Source: Escherichia coli
Lineage (GTDB): Bacteria > Pseudomonadota > Gammaproteobacteria > Enterobacterales > Enterobacteriaceae
Reading direction: 5' to 3' (one strand)
Assembly (NCBI RefSeq): GCF_003334405.1
Contig: NZ_QOWM01000003.1
DNA: 64,000 nt
Below, piece by piece: positions 46,038 through 57,797 of this stretch. Within the stretch, counting starts at the first letter, position 1, and every line of letters begins with the position of its first letter. The notes beneath the pieces are model-generated. The model saw only the letters and a program-made list of their open reading frames with translations. It was not told the origin of the DNA and ran no database searches. A program made the translations under genes and the position numbers.

Positions 46038-46193
46038 ATGCGTGAATATCCAAATGGCGAAAAAACACACCTTACTGTAATGGCCGCAGGGTTTCCATCT
46101 CTGACCGGAGATCATAAAGTCATTTATGTAGCCGCGGATCGACATGTTACTTCAGAAGAAATTCTGGAAGCAGCAATAAGGCTCTTGAGTTGA
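46038..46193 (+). CDS. ynfN: 51-aa small prophage protein (YnfN-like)
   Basis: MREYPNGEKTHLTVMAAGFPSLTGDHKVIYVAADRHVTSEEILEAAIRLLS; symbol assignment is from memory and uncertain. Confidence 0.4.
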   Translation: MREYPNGEKTHLTVMAAGFPSLTGDHKVIYVAADRHVTSEEILEAAIRLLS

Positions 46194-46364
46194 TTTGATG
46201 CTATTGCATTGATAATTCAGGAAAATTCTCTTTGTCTGTTTGTGTAAAATTTAGACTATCGTATGTTGATTATTGCGATGTTTCATCTTATCTTTTACAC
46301 GTTTGCACCATATAATCGACTTACTGTGTAACTGGAAAGTCATAACAGACTAAAAGAGGAAATG

Positions 46365-46538
46365 ATGAATATTGAAAACTTAAAAACAAAAGCAGAAGCA
46401 GATATTTCTGAATATATAACAAAAAAAATTATTGAACTTAAGAAAAAGACCGGGAAAGAAGTTACCAGTATTCAGTTTACCGCACGGGAAAAAATGACGG
46501 GTCTTGAAAGCTATGATGTCAAGATTAATTTAATCTGA
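46365..46538 (+). CDS. gnsB: GnsA/GnsB-family small protein
   Basis: 57-aa ORF MNIENLKTKAEADISEYITKKIIELKKKTGKEVTSIQFTAREKMTGLESYDVKINLI. Confidence 0.75.
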   Translation: MNIENLKTKAEADISEYITKKIIELKKKTGKEVTSIQFTAREKMTGLESYDVKINLI

Positions 46539-46689
46539 TGTATTCAATAATAAAATTTATCCATAAACCTCGTTTTTACGGGGTTTTGTTATATTTGAAT
46601 GGTTCCGAATATCTAAATCACAATTGTTGATGGTTTTTATTAAACCAATGCAGTCCGGCTCAGGAGTGAGAGAAGCCGGACGTTATGGT

Positions 46690-47100
46690 TTAGCGTGGTA
46701 AGATCTGTGTAGTTTTCTGGATGCTTTCAGTAAATAGTAATGAATTATCAAAGGTATAGTAATATCTTTTTTGTTCGTGGATATTTGTAACCCACCGAAA
46801 AACTCCTGCTTTAGCAAGGTTTCTTCTGTATTCCTGAAATGTGATCTCTCTGGATTTCAGCTTATTAGAGGTCGTTTCTATAAGATGCCTATCCTTTGAA
46901 AATTTGACAGACACAATGTTTTTTAGGCCCTTTAATAACACTGTATTATCATTTTTTAATACAATATGAACATTCTCTGTGGCTAAATAGTAAATGTAAT
47001 GTGAGACATTGTGACGTTTTAGCTCAGAATAAAACCATTGATAGTTTAAATCGTTTCGAACTTTATCAAATATTTGTTTAAAAATGACTACCTGATCCAT
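46690..47100 (-). CDS. ydfO: DUF1398 prophage protein
   Basis: 136 aa from ATG 47100 ([30 protein letters not shown]...). Confidence 0.7.
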
Positions 47101-47157
47101 AGATAAACCTTCCATGTGATATGAGGGGGCGTAGTCTGCACGATTATCTAAATTGCT

Positions 47158-47391
47158 TCAATCTGGTCTGACCTGTTTTCTGAGCAATTCAGTAATGTCA
47201 CTCTTTTCTTTGTTTGCTTCAGAAGAAACTCTTTTTTCTGAGCACAGTCTCCGGCGGCAGGCTTCAATGACCCAGGCTGAGAAATTCCCGGACCCTTTTT
47301 GCTCAAGAGCGATGTTAATTTGTTCAATCATTTGGTTAGGAAAGCGGATGTTGCGGGTTGTTGTTCTGCGGGTTCTGTTCTTCGTTGACAT
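47158..47391 (-). CDS. ynfO: Small basic prophage protein (YnfO-like)
   Basis: 77-aa ORF MSTKNRTRRTTTRNIRFPNQMIEQINIALEQKGSGNFSAWVIEACRRRL...; ribbon-helix-helix-like. Confidence 0.5.
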   Translation of the reverse strand: MSTKNRTRRTTTRNIRFPNQMIEQINIALEQKGSGNFSAWVIEACRRRLCSEKRVSSEANKEKSDITELLRKQVRPD

Positions 47392-47779
47392 GAGGTTGCC
47401 CCGTATTCAGTGTCGCTGATTTGTATTGTCTGAAGTTGTTTTTACGTTAAGTTGATGCAGATCAATTAATACGATACCTGCGTCATAATTGATTATTTGA
47501 CGTGGTTTGATGGCCTCCACGCACGTTGTGATATGTAGATGATAATCATTATCACTTTACGGGTCCTTTCCGGTGATCCGACAGGTTACGGGGCGGCGAC
47601 CTCGCGGGTTTTCGCTATTTATGAAAATTTTCCGGTTTAAGGTGTTTCCGTTCTTCTTCGTCGTAACTTAATGTTTTTATTTAAAATACCCCCTGAAAAG
47701 AAAGGAAACGACAGGTGCTGAAAGCGGGCTTTTTGGCCTTTGTCGTTTCCTTTCTCTGTTTTTGTCCGTGGAATGAACA

Positions 47780-48325
47780 ATGGAAGTCAACAAAAAGCAG
47801 CTGGCTGACATTTTCGGTGCGAGTATCCGTACCATTCAGAACTGGCAGGAACAGGGAATGCCCGTTCTGCGAGGCGGTGGCAAGGGTAATGAGGTGCTTT
47901 ATGATTCTGCCGCCGTCATAAAATGGTATGCCGAAAGGGATGCTGAAATTGAGAACGAAAAGCTGCGCCGGGAAGTTGAAGAACTGCGGCAGGCCAGCGA
48001 GACAGATCTCCAGCCAGGGACTATTGAGTACGAACGCCATCGACTTACGCGTGCGCAGGCCGACGCACAGGAGCTGAAAAATGCCAGAGACTCCGCTGAA
48101 GTGGTGGAAACCGCATTCTGTACTTTCGTGCTGTCGCGGATCGCAGGTGAAATTGCCAGTATTCTCGACGGGATCCCCCTGTCGGTGCAGCGGCGTTTTC
48201 CGGAACTGGAAAACCGACATGTTGATTTCCTGAAACGGGATATCATCAAAGCCATGAACAAAGCAGCCGCGCTGGATGAACTGATAACGGGGCGCACTTT
48301 GACGGTGACCAGAGCGGCACGGTGA
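47780..48325 (+). CDS. nohA: Terminase small subunit Nu1 homolog, C-terminus replaced at a deletion junction
   Basis: First ~168 aa match lambda Nu1 (MEVNKKQLADIFGASIRTIQNWQEQGMPVLRGGGKGNEVLYDSAAVIKWYAERD...ALDELI), then an unrelated tail TGRTLTVTRAAR-stop. Confidence 0.75.
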   Translation: MEVNKKQLADIFGASIRTIQNWQEQGMPVLRGGGKGNEVLYDSAAVIKWYAERDAEIENEKLRREVEELRQASETDLQPGTIEYERHRLTRAQADAQELKNARDSAEVVETAFCTFVLSRIAGEIASILDGIPLSVQRRFPELENRHVDFLKRDIIKAMNKAAALDELITGRTLTVTRAAR

Positions 48326-48609
48326 ATGGTGTCACGCCGCCAGCAGTTCAGCACCTGACCGCAGAAGTCACCGCAGACAGCGGGGAATACCAGGTGCTGG
48401 CGCGCTGGGACACGCCGAAGGTGGTGAAGGGGGTGAGCTTTATGCTTCGCCTGACCGTGGCAGCGGACGACGGCAGTGAGCGGTTGGTCAGCACGGCCCG
48501 GACGACGGAAACCACATATCGCTTCACGCAGCTGGCGCTGGGAAATTACAGGCTGACAGTCCGGGCGGTAAATGCATGGGGACAGCCGGTGCACATACCC
48601 ATTCGATGA
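48322..48609 (+). pseudogene. Fragment of tail tip/host specificity protein J (fibronectin-III-like region)
   Basis: ...[25 protein letters not shown] matches the lambda J C-terminal region; only about 95 codons present. Confidence 0.5.
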
Positions 48610-48884
48610 CATTTGTTTCAGGTGGTTCCAGTGGTGCTCCGGGAAGTGGATCACCTGATTATTCTAAATACAGTGTTAACACTTCTTCTGCAGGCGCTCA
48701 TACGCACTCTGTATCGGGTACTGCTGCAAGCGCAGGTGCACACGCACATACTGTCGGTATTGGTGCTCATACGCACTCCGTTGCGATTGGTTCACATGGA
48801 CATACCATCACCGTTAACGCTGCTGGTAACGCGGAAAACACCGTCAAAAACATCGCATTTAACTATATTGTGAGGCTTGCATAA
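48576..48884 (+). pseudogene. C-terminal fragment of side tail fibre protein Stf
   Basis: Gly/Ser/Thr-rich sequence with repeated GAHTHS motifs ([36 protein letters not shown]) typical of lambdoid Stf C-termini; no N-terminal part. Confidence 0.6.
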
Positions 48885-49459
48885 TGGCATTCAGAATGAG
48901 TGAACAACCACGGACCATAAAAATTTATAATCTGCTGGCCGGAACTAATGAATTTATTGGTGAAGGTGATGCATATATTCCGCCTCATACAGGTCTGCCA
49001 GCAAACAGTACCGATATTGCACCGCCAGATATTCCGGCAGGCTTCGTGGCTGTTTTCAACAGTGATGAGGCATCGTGGCATCTCGTTGAAGATCATCGGG
49101 GTAAAACGGTTTATGACGTAGCGTCAGGGGACGCGTTATTTATTTCTGAACTCGGTCCGTTACCGGAAAATGTTACCTGGTTATCGCCGGAAGGGGAGTT
49201 TCAGAAGTGGAACGGCACAGCCTGGGTGAAGGATACGGAAGCAGAAAAACTGTTCCGGATCCGGGAGGCGGAAGAAACAAAAAACAGCCTGATGCAGATA
49301 GCCAGTGAGCATATAGCGCCGCTTCAGGATGCTGTGGATCTGGAGATCGCAACGGAGGAAGAAACCTTGTTGCTGGAAGCCTGGAAAAAGTATCGGGTGT
49401 TGCTGAACCGTGTTGATACATCAACTGCACCGGATATTGAATGGCCAGCACTGCCGTAG
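48884..49459 (+). CDS. tfa: Tail fibre assembly protein
   Basis: 191-aa ORF; start overlaps the stf fragment stop. Confidence 0.8.
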   Translation: MAFRMSEQPRTIKIYNLLAGTNEFIGEGDAYIPPHTGLPANSTDIAPPDIPAGFVAVFNSDEASWHLVEDHRGKTVYDVASGDALFISELGPLPENVTWLSPEGEFQKWNGTAWVKDTEAEKLFRIREAEETKNSLMQIASEHIAPLQDAVDLEIATEEETLLLEAWKKYRVLLNRVDTSTAPDIEWPALP

Positions 49460-49556
49460 GGTAAAACATATAAATTCTATAATTAGATGTATCTCTCCAT
49501 TTACGGCAAGGAAGGGGGCTTGGAAGACGTAAAGCATCTCACACCGAGATTATTTT

Positions 49557-50147
49557 TTATATGTCAGGTGTCTGACGTTTTGCTTTGGCTCTTAAAATGG
49601 TTTGCCGCGAGGTTTTGAATTCCCGGGCAATGGCACTTATACTTACACCTGACTTAATTCGTTCGAATACCACCTGTTTCTGTTCTTCATTTAACACAGG
49701 TGGTCGACCAAAACGTTTCCCTGCGCCGCGGGCTCTTACTATCCCGGAATGAGTGCGTTCAAGTAAAAGGTCTCGTTCAAATTCAGCGACTGCTGAAATT
49801 ACGTGCATCATCATTTTTCCTGTTGGACTGGTCAGGTCAATGCCCCCCAATGCTAAGCAATGCACTCTGATACCTGTTTCGGTCAGTTGTTCCACTGTTT
49901 TCCTGATATCCATTGCATTACAACCAAGGCGATCCAGTTTTGTCACAATCAATTGATCACCACATTTCAGGCGAGCAAGCAACCGGTTAAAACCAGGACG
50001 CTCACTGGTTGCTGCTGAGCCGCTAATGTGTTCTTCGATTATTTGCTGAGGTTTGATTTTAAAACCTGCACTTTCGATTTCCCGGCGTTGATTTTCGGTG
50101 GTCTGATCCAGCGTTGATATCCGACAGTAAGCAAAAATTCGAGACAT
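49557..50147 (-). CDS. pin: Serine recombinase, Hin/Gin/Pin DNA-invertase family
   Basis: 196-aa [23 protein letters not shown]... with catalytic Ser in RISTLDQ and C-terminal HTH. Confidence 0.88.
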   Translation of the reverse strand: MSRIFAYCRISTLDQTTENQRREIESAGFKIKPQQIIEEHISGSAATSERPGFNRLLARLKCGDQLIVTKLDRLGCNAMDIRKTVEQLTETGIRVHCLALGGIDLTSPTGKMMMHVISAVAEFERDLLLERTHSGIVRARGAGKRFGRPPVLNEEQKQVVFERIKSGVSISAIAREFKTSRQTILRAKAKRQTPDI

Positions 50148-50463
50148 AGTGAGACTCTATACGAAATTGGTGTTCATATCATAATGCATCTCAGAAAATA
50201 ATTTTGATTATTTTTGTGCATATTTGTATGTACACGTTCGAAAATAAACGAATGCGTATGCAACCCCGTAACTTTGGTGAGACCCAAAATCGATTTTGTG
50301 AAAAATGGCTTTAACTCGGTTTGTTTTTCGAGTTCCGGGCGGACTCAAGGAAGAAGAATAGTGTTGCGTGTTATTTTAACCAGATTTCAAGTTGTTTGGT
50401 CGTGGAAAAGTGGAGCAAAATGTTGTTAAAGTGGAAAAATGATAAAAAAGTAAGTTTATTATA

Positions 50464-50697
50464 TTACATTTTACCATTTAAATTTTGGTTGTCTTTAAGA
50501 ACTGATATCGCTGTTTGTAATAATTCTTTGTTATCCAGCCATGATTTTTTCTTTATGTTTCCTTCAATGTAATCAAGCAATGTTCTGGTATTGATAGGTC
50601 TTCCCTGTTTTGCTACTTCCACTACAGCATCCCCTAGGATAATTCTGACTTCAGGAAGCTGCGCAGGGAACCACTTTAGGGTGTCTTTTGATTTCAT
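50464..50697 (-). CDS. ynaE: DUF1737-like prophage small protein (YnaE/YdfK family)
   Basis: 77 aa from ATG 50697 (MKSKDTLKWFPAQLPEVRIILGDAVVEVAKQGRPINTRTLLDYIEGNIKKK...). Confidence 0.75.
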   Translation of the reverse strand: MKSKDTLKWFPAQLPEVRIILGDAVVEVAKQGRPINTRTLLDYIEGNIKKKSWLDNKELLQTAISVLKDNQNLNGKM

Positions 50698-51657
50698 GAA
50701 TATATTCCTTAAAATATTATTGATTTTCATTGCGATATTGTATGTCTGATTCAGGATATGTTGACTTATACATCGGTTTTGTCTGGGTTATTGGATATGC
50801 CAATCCCTAATTTTATTAGGGCATGACTAAAAATGCTGAATATGATAAGGAGCGAAGTGATTATCAGTATGCTGTTCATATAGCCTCGAATTAGTAATGT
50901 GTTATATATGATATAGTTGACAATTTTTATCCTGGGTGTTCTTAAAGTTCGTAGATAAACATTGTCGTTTCAGGTATACAGGAATGCTAACAGATGGCGG
51001 CAAAAATCAGGCGGTTTATGGCGCAAGCTGAAGTGGCAACTGCAAACTATCTTATGCAGAGACTCTACACGGATTGGGTTTAAAAGTATACATAGATAAC
51101 AGTTTTTATCTGAAGAAGAAAAATATCAAGGTGATATAGCCTATATGCCTTTGATGTGGAGGAATGAATGTGATGGGAGTGATGTATCTGAATAGTTGAA
51201 AAACCGCAGTCACGTCGTATGCAAGAACGTGCTGCGGTTGGTTTGACTTTGATTGAGACGTTTTGGAATTTTTTTTTGTGGCAAAAATGGGGCAAAACGC
51301 TGCAAAAGGGGCAAAAAAGGGGCAAAAAAAGAGTGGATTATCGTAGTTTATTGTTCTCGCTGATGATGTTTAACACATTGAAAAATAAGTAAAACACTTA
51401 TGAGTCAGATAGTTGTGATTTTTGCCCTTACTTGTTCAGATTGTATTGTTCTTTCTTACTAATTTCTTGATTTTGCGACATTTAAAAGCGACTCAATTCG
51501 TTATATGGCATCAGAAGAGTATGCGTCATGCCGGAACGCCCAGCATAAGAAATCTGATATAAAAAACTGTGGCGTGTATGGTACGGATTAGAGGGGAAAA
51601 TGTCAGCACATTTGCGAAATGAATCAAAAAGCCCGCAGCAATGTGCGGGCGTTAGTG

Positions 51658-52173
<516 letters not shown>

Positions 52174-52232
52174 TTAGATCAAAGGAGGAAGAATAAGCAG
52201 AAAAAGCCCGCCATAACAGCGGGCAGGAGGAT

Positions 52233-53366
52233 TTAGAACTGATAAACCAGACCTAAAGCGACAATATCATCGGTAGAGATGCCATTGGCAGCGTAGAAGC
52301 TGTCATCTTCATCCAACAGGTTGATTTTATAGTCAACGTAGGTGGACATGTTTTTATTGAAATAGTAAGTCGCGCCAATATCGGCGTATTTAACCAGATC
52401 TTTATCATCAACACCTGCCGGGTTGTCTGCACCACCCGCAGCGTGCAGGTCACGGCCTTTAGACATCAGGAAAGAGACTGCCGGACGCAGACCAAAATCA
52501 AACTGGTACTGTGCAGTGACTTCAAAATTCTGGGTTTTGTTTGCCACAGCATAATCGCTGTCGCCAAACGGGGTCATATTACGCGTTTCTGAATACATGG
52601 TTGCCAGGTAAATATTGTTAGCATCGTATTTTAGCCCAGCAGTCCACGCGTCTGCTTTATCACCACCCGCCGCAGTATGGTTAACCTGGTCATTGGTGCG
52701 GTCAGAAGAGGTGTATGCCGCACCAGCGCTAAAGCCCATGCCTAAATCATATGTTGTGGAAAGACCCCAGCCGTCACCGTTTTCATGGCGAACATCACGT
52801 CCGTTGTTGGTGCCTTCCTGACCATTACTGGCTCCTTCGTTGTTACCTTGATACTGCACCGCGAAGTTCAGACCATTTACCAGACCGAAGAAATCAGTAT
52901 TACGATAAGTCGCGACGCCATTGGCTCGACCAGTCATAAAGTTGTCTGCATTGGTATAAGAGTCACCGCCAAATTCAGGCAGCATATCGGTCCAGCCTTC
53001 GATGTCGTACATTACGCCATAATTACGTCCGTAATCGAAAGAACCGTAATCTGCAAATTTCAGCCCGGCAAATGCCAGACGGGTCCATGACTGGTTTTTT
53101 GAAGATTCAGTGTTGTTTGCCTGAATATTGTATTCCCATTGACCGTAGCCAGTGAGTTGATCGTTAATTTGGGTTTCGCCTTTAAAACCCAGACGCGCAT
53201 AGCTCTGGTCGCCATCTTTCGCTGAATTATCAGAAAAATAATGCAGGCCATCAACTTTGCCATACAGATCTAATTTGTTGCCGTCTTTATTATAAACTTC
53301 GGCTGCATGTGCAGCACCTGCGGCGAGCAGGGCAGGAATTAAAAGTGCCAGTACTTTGCTTTTCAT
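52233..53366 (-). CDS. ompN: General porin (OmpC/OmpF/PhoE family), OmpN-like
   Basis: 377-aa ORF with signal peptide, N-terminal [25 protein letters not shown] and C-terminal Phe; position between uspF and ydbK. Confidence 0.85.
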   Translation of the reverse strand: MKSKVLALLIPALLAAGAAHAAEVYNKDGNKLDLYGKVDGLHYFSDNSAKDGDQSYARLGFKGETQINDQLTGYGQWEYNIQANNTESSKNQSWTRLAFAGLKFADYGSFDYGRNYGVMYDIEGWTDMLPEFGGDSYTNADNFMTGRANGVATYRNTDFFGLVNGLNFAVQYQGNNEGASNGQEGTNNGRDVRHENGDGWGLSTTYDLGMGFSAGAAYTSSDRTNDQVNHTAAGGDKADAWTAGLKYDANNIYLATMYSETRNMTPFGDSDYAVANKTQNFEVTAQYQFDFGLRPAVSFLMSKGRDLHAAGGADNPAGVDDKDLVKYADIGATYYFNKNMSTYVDYKINLLDEDDSFYAANGISTDDIVALGLVYQF

Positions 53367-53732
53367 TGAATAAATCCTTTAGTTATTTTATTTGCCTTTT
53401 ATCCCCATTTCGGGGAGTGAAAACATCCTAAAGGAGAAGTTCAGTTAGCCGATAAATATCATTTGTTACGCCTTAAGTAAAACCTTAATCAAATAATTTC
53501 TCTGAAATGATAATAAGTCTGGTGAATGTATCGAAGATAATGCATACAAAATAAAAATTATACTTTTAATTTGCTATACGTTATTCTGCGCGGGTTATAT
53601 GCCTTTATTGTCACAGATTTTATTTTCTGTTGGGCCATTGCATTGCCACTGATTTTCCAACATATAAAAAGACAAGCCCGAACAGTCGTCCGGGCTTTTT
53701 TTTTAGAATTGGATAATCCTTATCCAGAGCAT

Positions 53733-56700
53733 TTAATCGGTGTTGCTTTTTTCCGCTTTTCCGGCCATTTGTGCCAGGAAGTCATAGCGTTTTTGCAAAT
53801 CAGCTGCAGCATCTTTCCATAACTGTTCTGCCACTTCTGGCTGCTGCGAATTCAGCCGACGGAAACGTTGCTCGTGAAGTAACGTTTCTTCCAGTGCTTC
53901 TGACGGCGGGCGTGAATCCAAGGCCAGCGGCAGTTTGCCTTCATCGGCACGACGCGGATCAAAGCGATATAGCGGCCAGAAGCCGGTAGCTGTGAGTTGG
54001 CGCATCTGGTCGTGGCTGAGTGCCAGATCGTAACCATGCTCTTCACACGGGCTATAAGCAATGATCAGCGATGGCCCCGGATACGCTTCCGCTTCCTGAA
54101 TCGCTTTCACCGTCTGGTTCAGCTGCGCGCCGAGAGAAATCTGCGCCACATAAACATGACCGTACATCATCATACTGACGCCAAGATCTTTACGCGCTTT
54201 ACGTTTGCCGTGCTCGCCAAATTTAGTTACTGCACCCAGCGGTGTCGCTTTCGACGCCTGACCACCGGTGTTGGAATAGCATTGCGTATCCAGCACCAGA
54301 ATGTTGACGTTTTCCGTCAAACTCAATACATGATCCAGACCGCCAAAGCCGATATCGTAAGCCCAGCCATCACCACCAATCAGCCAGATTGATTTTTCCA
54401 CCAGTGCATCTGCATCACGTAGCAGTTCATGTGCTTCGGCAACATCGTTGAGTTGCTGGCGTAAAGCTGCAACCTGTTCACGACGAACCTCTGGCGTGGC
54501 GTCTGATTTCAACGCCGTCAGTAATTCCGCCGGGATTTTATCGGCAAATTGATCCAGCAGACGCAGCACGCGGACACGGTGTTGATCGACCGTCAGGCGG
54601 AAACCAAGGCCAAATTCGGCATTATCTTCAAATAGAGAGTTCGCCCATGCCGGCCCACGACCGTTGGCATCGGTGGTATACGGTGTAGAGGGCAGGTTAC
54701 CGCCATAAATTGAAGAACAGCCAGTGGCGTTAGCGATCAACATCCGGTCGCCATAGAGCTGAGTCAGTAATTTAATATACGGCGTCTCGCCACAACCGGA
54801 GCAAGCACCTGAATATTCAAACAGCGGTGTAATCAGCTGCGATGTACGAATATCAATACGTTCCAGTTTGCTACGGTCGATTTCTGGCAGGTTGAGGAAG
54901 AAATCGTAATTGATTTTCTCTTCTTCGACATGTTCCAGGCGAGACATCATATTGATGGCTTTAATCTCTGGATTCTGACGGTCTTTCGCCGGGCAAACTT
55001 CGACGCACAGGTTACAACCGGTGCAATCTTCCGGTGCCACCTGCAAGACATATTTCTGCCCGCGCATATCACGCGATTTCACATCCAGCGAATGCAGGCT
55101 GGCAGGGGCGTTTTCCATCGCTTCAGGCGGCACCACTTTTGCGCGAATAGCTGAGTGTGGGCAAGCGGCAACGCAGTGGTTACATTGGGTACAGAGTTCC
55201 TCTTTCAAGATGGGGATCTCTTCGGCGATATTGCGTTTTTCCCAGCGCGTAGTGCCCATCGGCCAGGTGCCGTCTGGCGGCAGCGCCGAAACGGGGAGGG
55301 CGTCACCAAGCCCGGCGAGCATCGCAGCGGTTACGGTTTTCACGAAATCAGGGGCGGCATCGGAAACCACTGGCGGTCGATTGGCGCTGTGCGGATTTAC
55401 CGGTTGCAACGGAACTTCTTCTACGGATTCACGCGCCAGCGCCAGAGCCTGCCAGTTGCGTTCCACCAGATCCTGGCCTTTGCTACTGTAACTTTTGGCA
55501 ATCGCACCCTGCAATTCTGCGAGGGCGCTATCGCCAGGCAGAATTTGCGTCAGATGGAAAAAAGCCATCTGCATGACGGTATTAATACGGGCCGCCAGGC
55601 CACATTCGCGGGCGATTTTCGCCGCGTTAATCACATAGAAGCGCGCTTTTTTCTGGTTTAACACGGCCTGAACTTCTTGCGGCAAGCGCGACCACACTTC
55701 ATCTGTGCTGTACGGCGTGTTGAGCAGGAAAATGCCGCCAGGTTTTAAACGCTCAGCCATCTGATATTTATCGATAAACTGCAACTGGTGGCAGCCAACA
55801 AAATCAGCCTGGGAAATGAGATAAGCGGAACGAATCGGCTGTTCGCTCACTCGAAGGTGAGAAACCGTCAGGCCGCCCGCCTTTTTGGAGTCGTAAACAA
55901 AATAGCCCTGTGCGTACCACGGCGTGGAATTACCGATAATCTTGATATTGTTTTTGGTCGCGGAAACGCTGCCATCACTACCAAGGCCATAAAACAAGGC
56001 TTCCAGTTTCGCCGAGTTTGGCAGGGTGTTTTCCGGCAACGGCAGTGACAGATTGGTCACATCATCGTAAATACCAACCGTAAAGCGCGCTTTCGGTTTA
56101 GCCGCGTTGAGCTCGGCAAATACCGCCAGTACACAGTCTGGGCCAAATTCTTTGGATGAAAGACCATAGCGCCCACCAATGACACGGGGCAGAGTTTCGC
56201 GCTCGCCATTATTAAAGGCTTCTGCCAGTGCGGTCATTACATCCAGATAGAGCGGTTCTGCCTGGGCACCGGGTTCTTTGGTTCTGTCCAGTACCGCCAC
56301 GCTGCGTACGGATCCCGGCAGAGCTTGCAGTAAATGTTTAGCGGAGAAGGGGCGGTACAGGCGAACTTTCAGCACGCCAACTTTTTCGCCACGGGTTAGC
56401 AATTCATCAACCACTTCTTCACAGGTGCCAATGGCAGAGCCCATCAGGATAATCACCCGTTCCGCTTGCGGATGCCCGTAATATTCAAACGGCTGATACT
56501 GACGACCTGTCGCGGCAGAGAAATCATTCATCGCCTGTTCAACATGGTCATAGACCGCGTTGTACCATGGGTTGGTGGCTTCGCGAGACTGGAAATAAGT
56601 GTCAGGATTGGCGGACGTACCGCGGATCACCGGATGTTCCGGGTTGAGTGCCCGGGCGCGATGAGCATCAATTTCGACCTGCGGCATGAGATCAAGAATC

Positions 56701-57257
56701 GTGTCATCGGCCAGCGGGACAATTTTATTGATTTCGTGGGACGTGCGGAAACCATCAAAGAAATGAATAAATGGCACGCGGCTTTTCAGCGTCGCGATTT
56801 GCGAAATGAGAGCAAAGTCTTGCGCTTCCTGGACGTTTGCTGCACACAACATCGCGCAACCCGTCTGGCGCACCGCCATAACGTCGGAATGATCGCCAAA
56901 AATAGAGAGTGCATGTGTGGCAACGGTACGTGCCGCTACATGCAGGACAAACGGTGTTAGTTCGCCTGCCAGTTTGTACAGCGTCGGGATCATCAGCAGC
57001 AAACCCTGCGATGACGTAAACGATGTTGAAAGGGCACCCGTCTGCAAAGCGCCATGCACGGTAGCGATAGCACCCGCTTCCGACTGCATTTCAACCACGC
57101 GTGGTGTGTCTCCCCAAACGTTCTTTAAGCCGTTTCCGGCCCAGGCATCAGCCTGTTCTGCCATCGTGGAACTGGGGGTAATAGGGTAGATGGCGATAAC
57201 TTCACTGGTGCGAAATGCGACCGAAGCAACCGCGCCATTACCGTCAATAGTAATCAT
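53733..57257 (-). CDS. ydbK: Pyruvate:flavodoxin/ferredoxin oxidoreductase (NifJ-like)
   Basis: 1174-aa ORF with two ferredoxin-type CxxCxxCxxxCP motifs and a TPP-binding GGDGW region. Confidence 0.92.
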   Translation of the reverse strand: MITIDGNGAVASVAFRTSEVIAIYPITPSSTMAEQADAWAGNGLKNVWGDTPRVVEMQSEAGAIATVHGALQTGALSTSFTSSQGLLLMIPTLYKLAGELTPFVLHVAARTVATHALSIFGDHSDVMAVRQTGCAMLCAANVQEAQDFALISQIATLKSRVPFIHFFDGFRTSHEINKIVPLADDTILDLMPQVEIDAHRARALNPEHPVIRGTSANPDTYFQSREATNPWYNAVYDHVEQAMNDFSAATGRQYQPFEYYGHPQAERVIILMGSAIGTCEEVVDELLTRGEKVGVLKVRLYRPFSAKHLLQALPGSVRSVAVLDRTKEPGAQAEPLYLDVMTALAEAFNNGERETLPRVIGGRYGLSSKEFGPDCVLAVFAELNAAKPKARFTVGIYDDVTNLSLPLPENTLPNSAKLEALFYGLGSDGSVSATKNNIKIIGNSTPWYAQGYFVYDSKKAGGLTVSHLRVSEQPIRSAYLISQADFVGCHQLQFIDKYQMAERLKPGGIFLLNTPYSTDEVWSRLPQEVQAVLNQKKARFYVINAAKIARECGLAARINTVMQMAFFHLTQILPGDSALAELQGAIAKSYSSKGQDLVERNWQALALARESVEEVPLQPVNPHSANRPPVVSDAAPDFVKTVTAAMLAGLGDALPVSALPPDGTWPMGTTRWEKRNIAEEIPILKEELCTQCNHCVAACPHSAIRAKVVPPEAMENAPASLHSLDVKSRDMRGQKYVLQVAPEDCTGCNLCVEVCPAKDRQNPEIKAINMMSRLEHVEEEKINYDFFLNLPEIDRSKLERIDIRTSQLITPLFEYSGACSGCGETPYIKLLTQLYGDRMLIANATGCSSIYGGNLPSTPYTTDANGRGPAWANSLFEDNAEFGLGFRLTVDQHRVRVLRLLDQFADKIPAELLTALKSDATPEVRREQVAALRQQLNDVAEAHELLRDADALVEKSIWLIGGDGWAYDIGFGGLDHVLSLTENVNILVLDTQCYSNTGGQASKATPLGAVTKFGEHGKRKARKDLGVSMMMYGHVYVAQISLGAQLNQTVKAIQEAEAYPGPSLIIAYSPCEEHGYDLALSHDQMRQLTATGFWPLYRFDPRRADEGKLPLALDSRPPSEALEETLLHEQRFRRLNSQQPEVAEQLWKDAAADLQKRYDFLAQMAGKAEKSNTD

Positions 57258-57530
57258 ATGACACCCTTACATTGCGCAAATGAGGGGCGCACGAAATTGC
57301 TGCGCGCCCAGTAGTAATCTTTCAATTTTAGCAAATGGCTTTCTTCTGCATTTTCGCTTTTGTGTCCCCCACATCAGCGTAATGAATGTTTTGATCAAAC
57401 AGAGGGCAAAAAAATAGCCATAAAAAAGTAAAAATGCGGGGCAACGCGCAGGACAGCTCTCGACGCCGCCCTCTGTGCTGCCTATTATTTATGGCGGTGT
57501 CGTTTGGCTTGAAGATCAGAGGAAGAAAAG

Positions 57531-57797
57531 ATGCGAGCAGCGTTTTGGGTAGGGTGTGCCGCTTTATTGTTGTCGGCGTGTAGTAGTGAACCTGTTCAGC
57601 AGGCGACTGCCGCGCACGTAGCGCCAGGTTTAAAAGCGTCGATGTCCAGTAGTGGAGAAGCAAATTGTGCAATGATCGGCGGTTCGCTTTCTGTTGCCCG
57701 TCAACTGGATGGTACGGCGATTGGGATGTGTGCATTACCCAACGGCAAACGCTGTAGCGAACAGTCACTTGCCGCCGGGAGCTGTGGCAGCTATTAA
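57531..57797 (+). CDS. ydbJ: DUF333 lipoprotein
   Basis: 88-aa ORF with lipobox LLSAC. Confidence 0.8.
   Translation: MRAAFWVGCAALLLSACSSEPVQQATAAHVAPGLKASMSSSGEANCAMIGGSLSVARQLDGTAIGMCALPNGKRCSEQSLAAGSCGSY

Noticed and set aside
47681-48654. Two long minus-strand ORFs (179 and 251 aa) overlapping nohA and the J fragment
   Set aside because: They run antisense to the Nu1 homolog, whose identity is clear, and have no recognisable motifs; most likely chance open frames.
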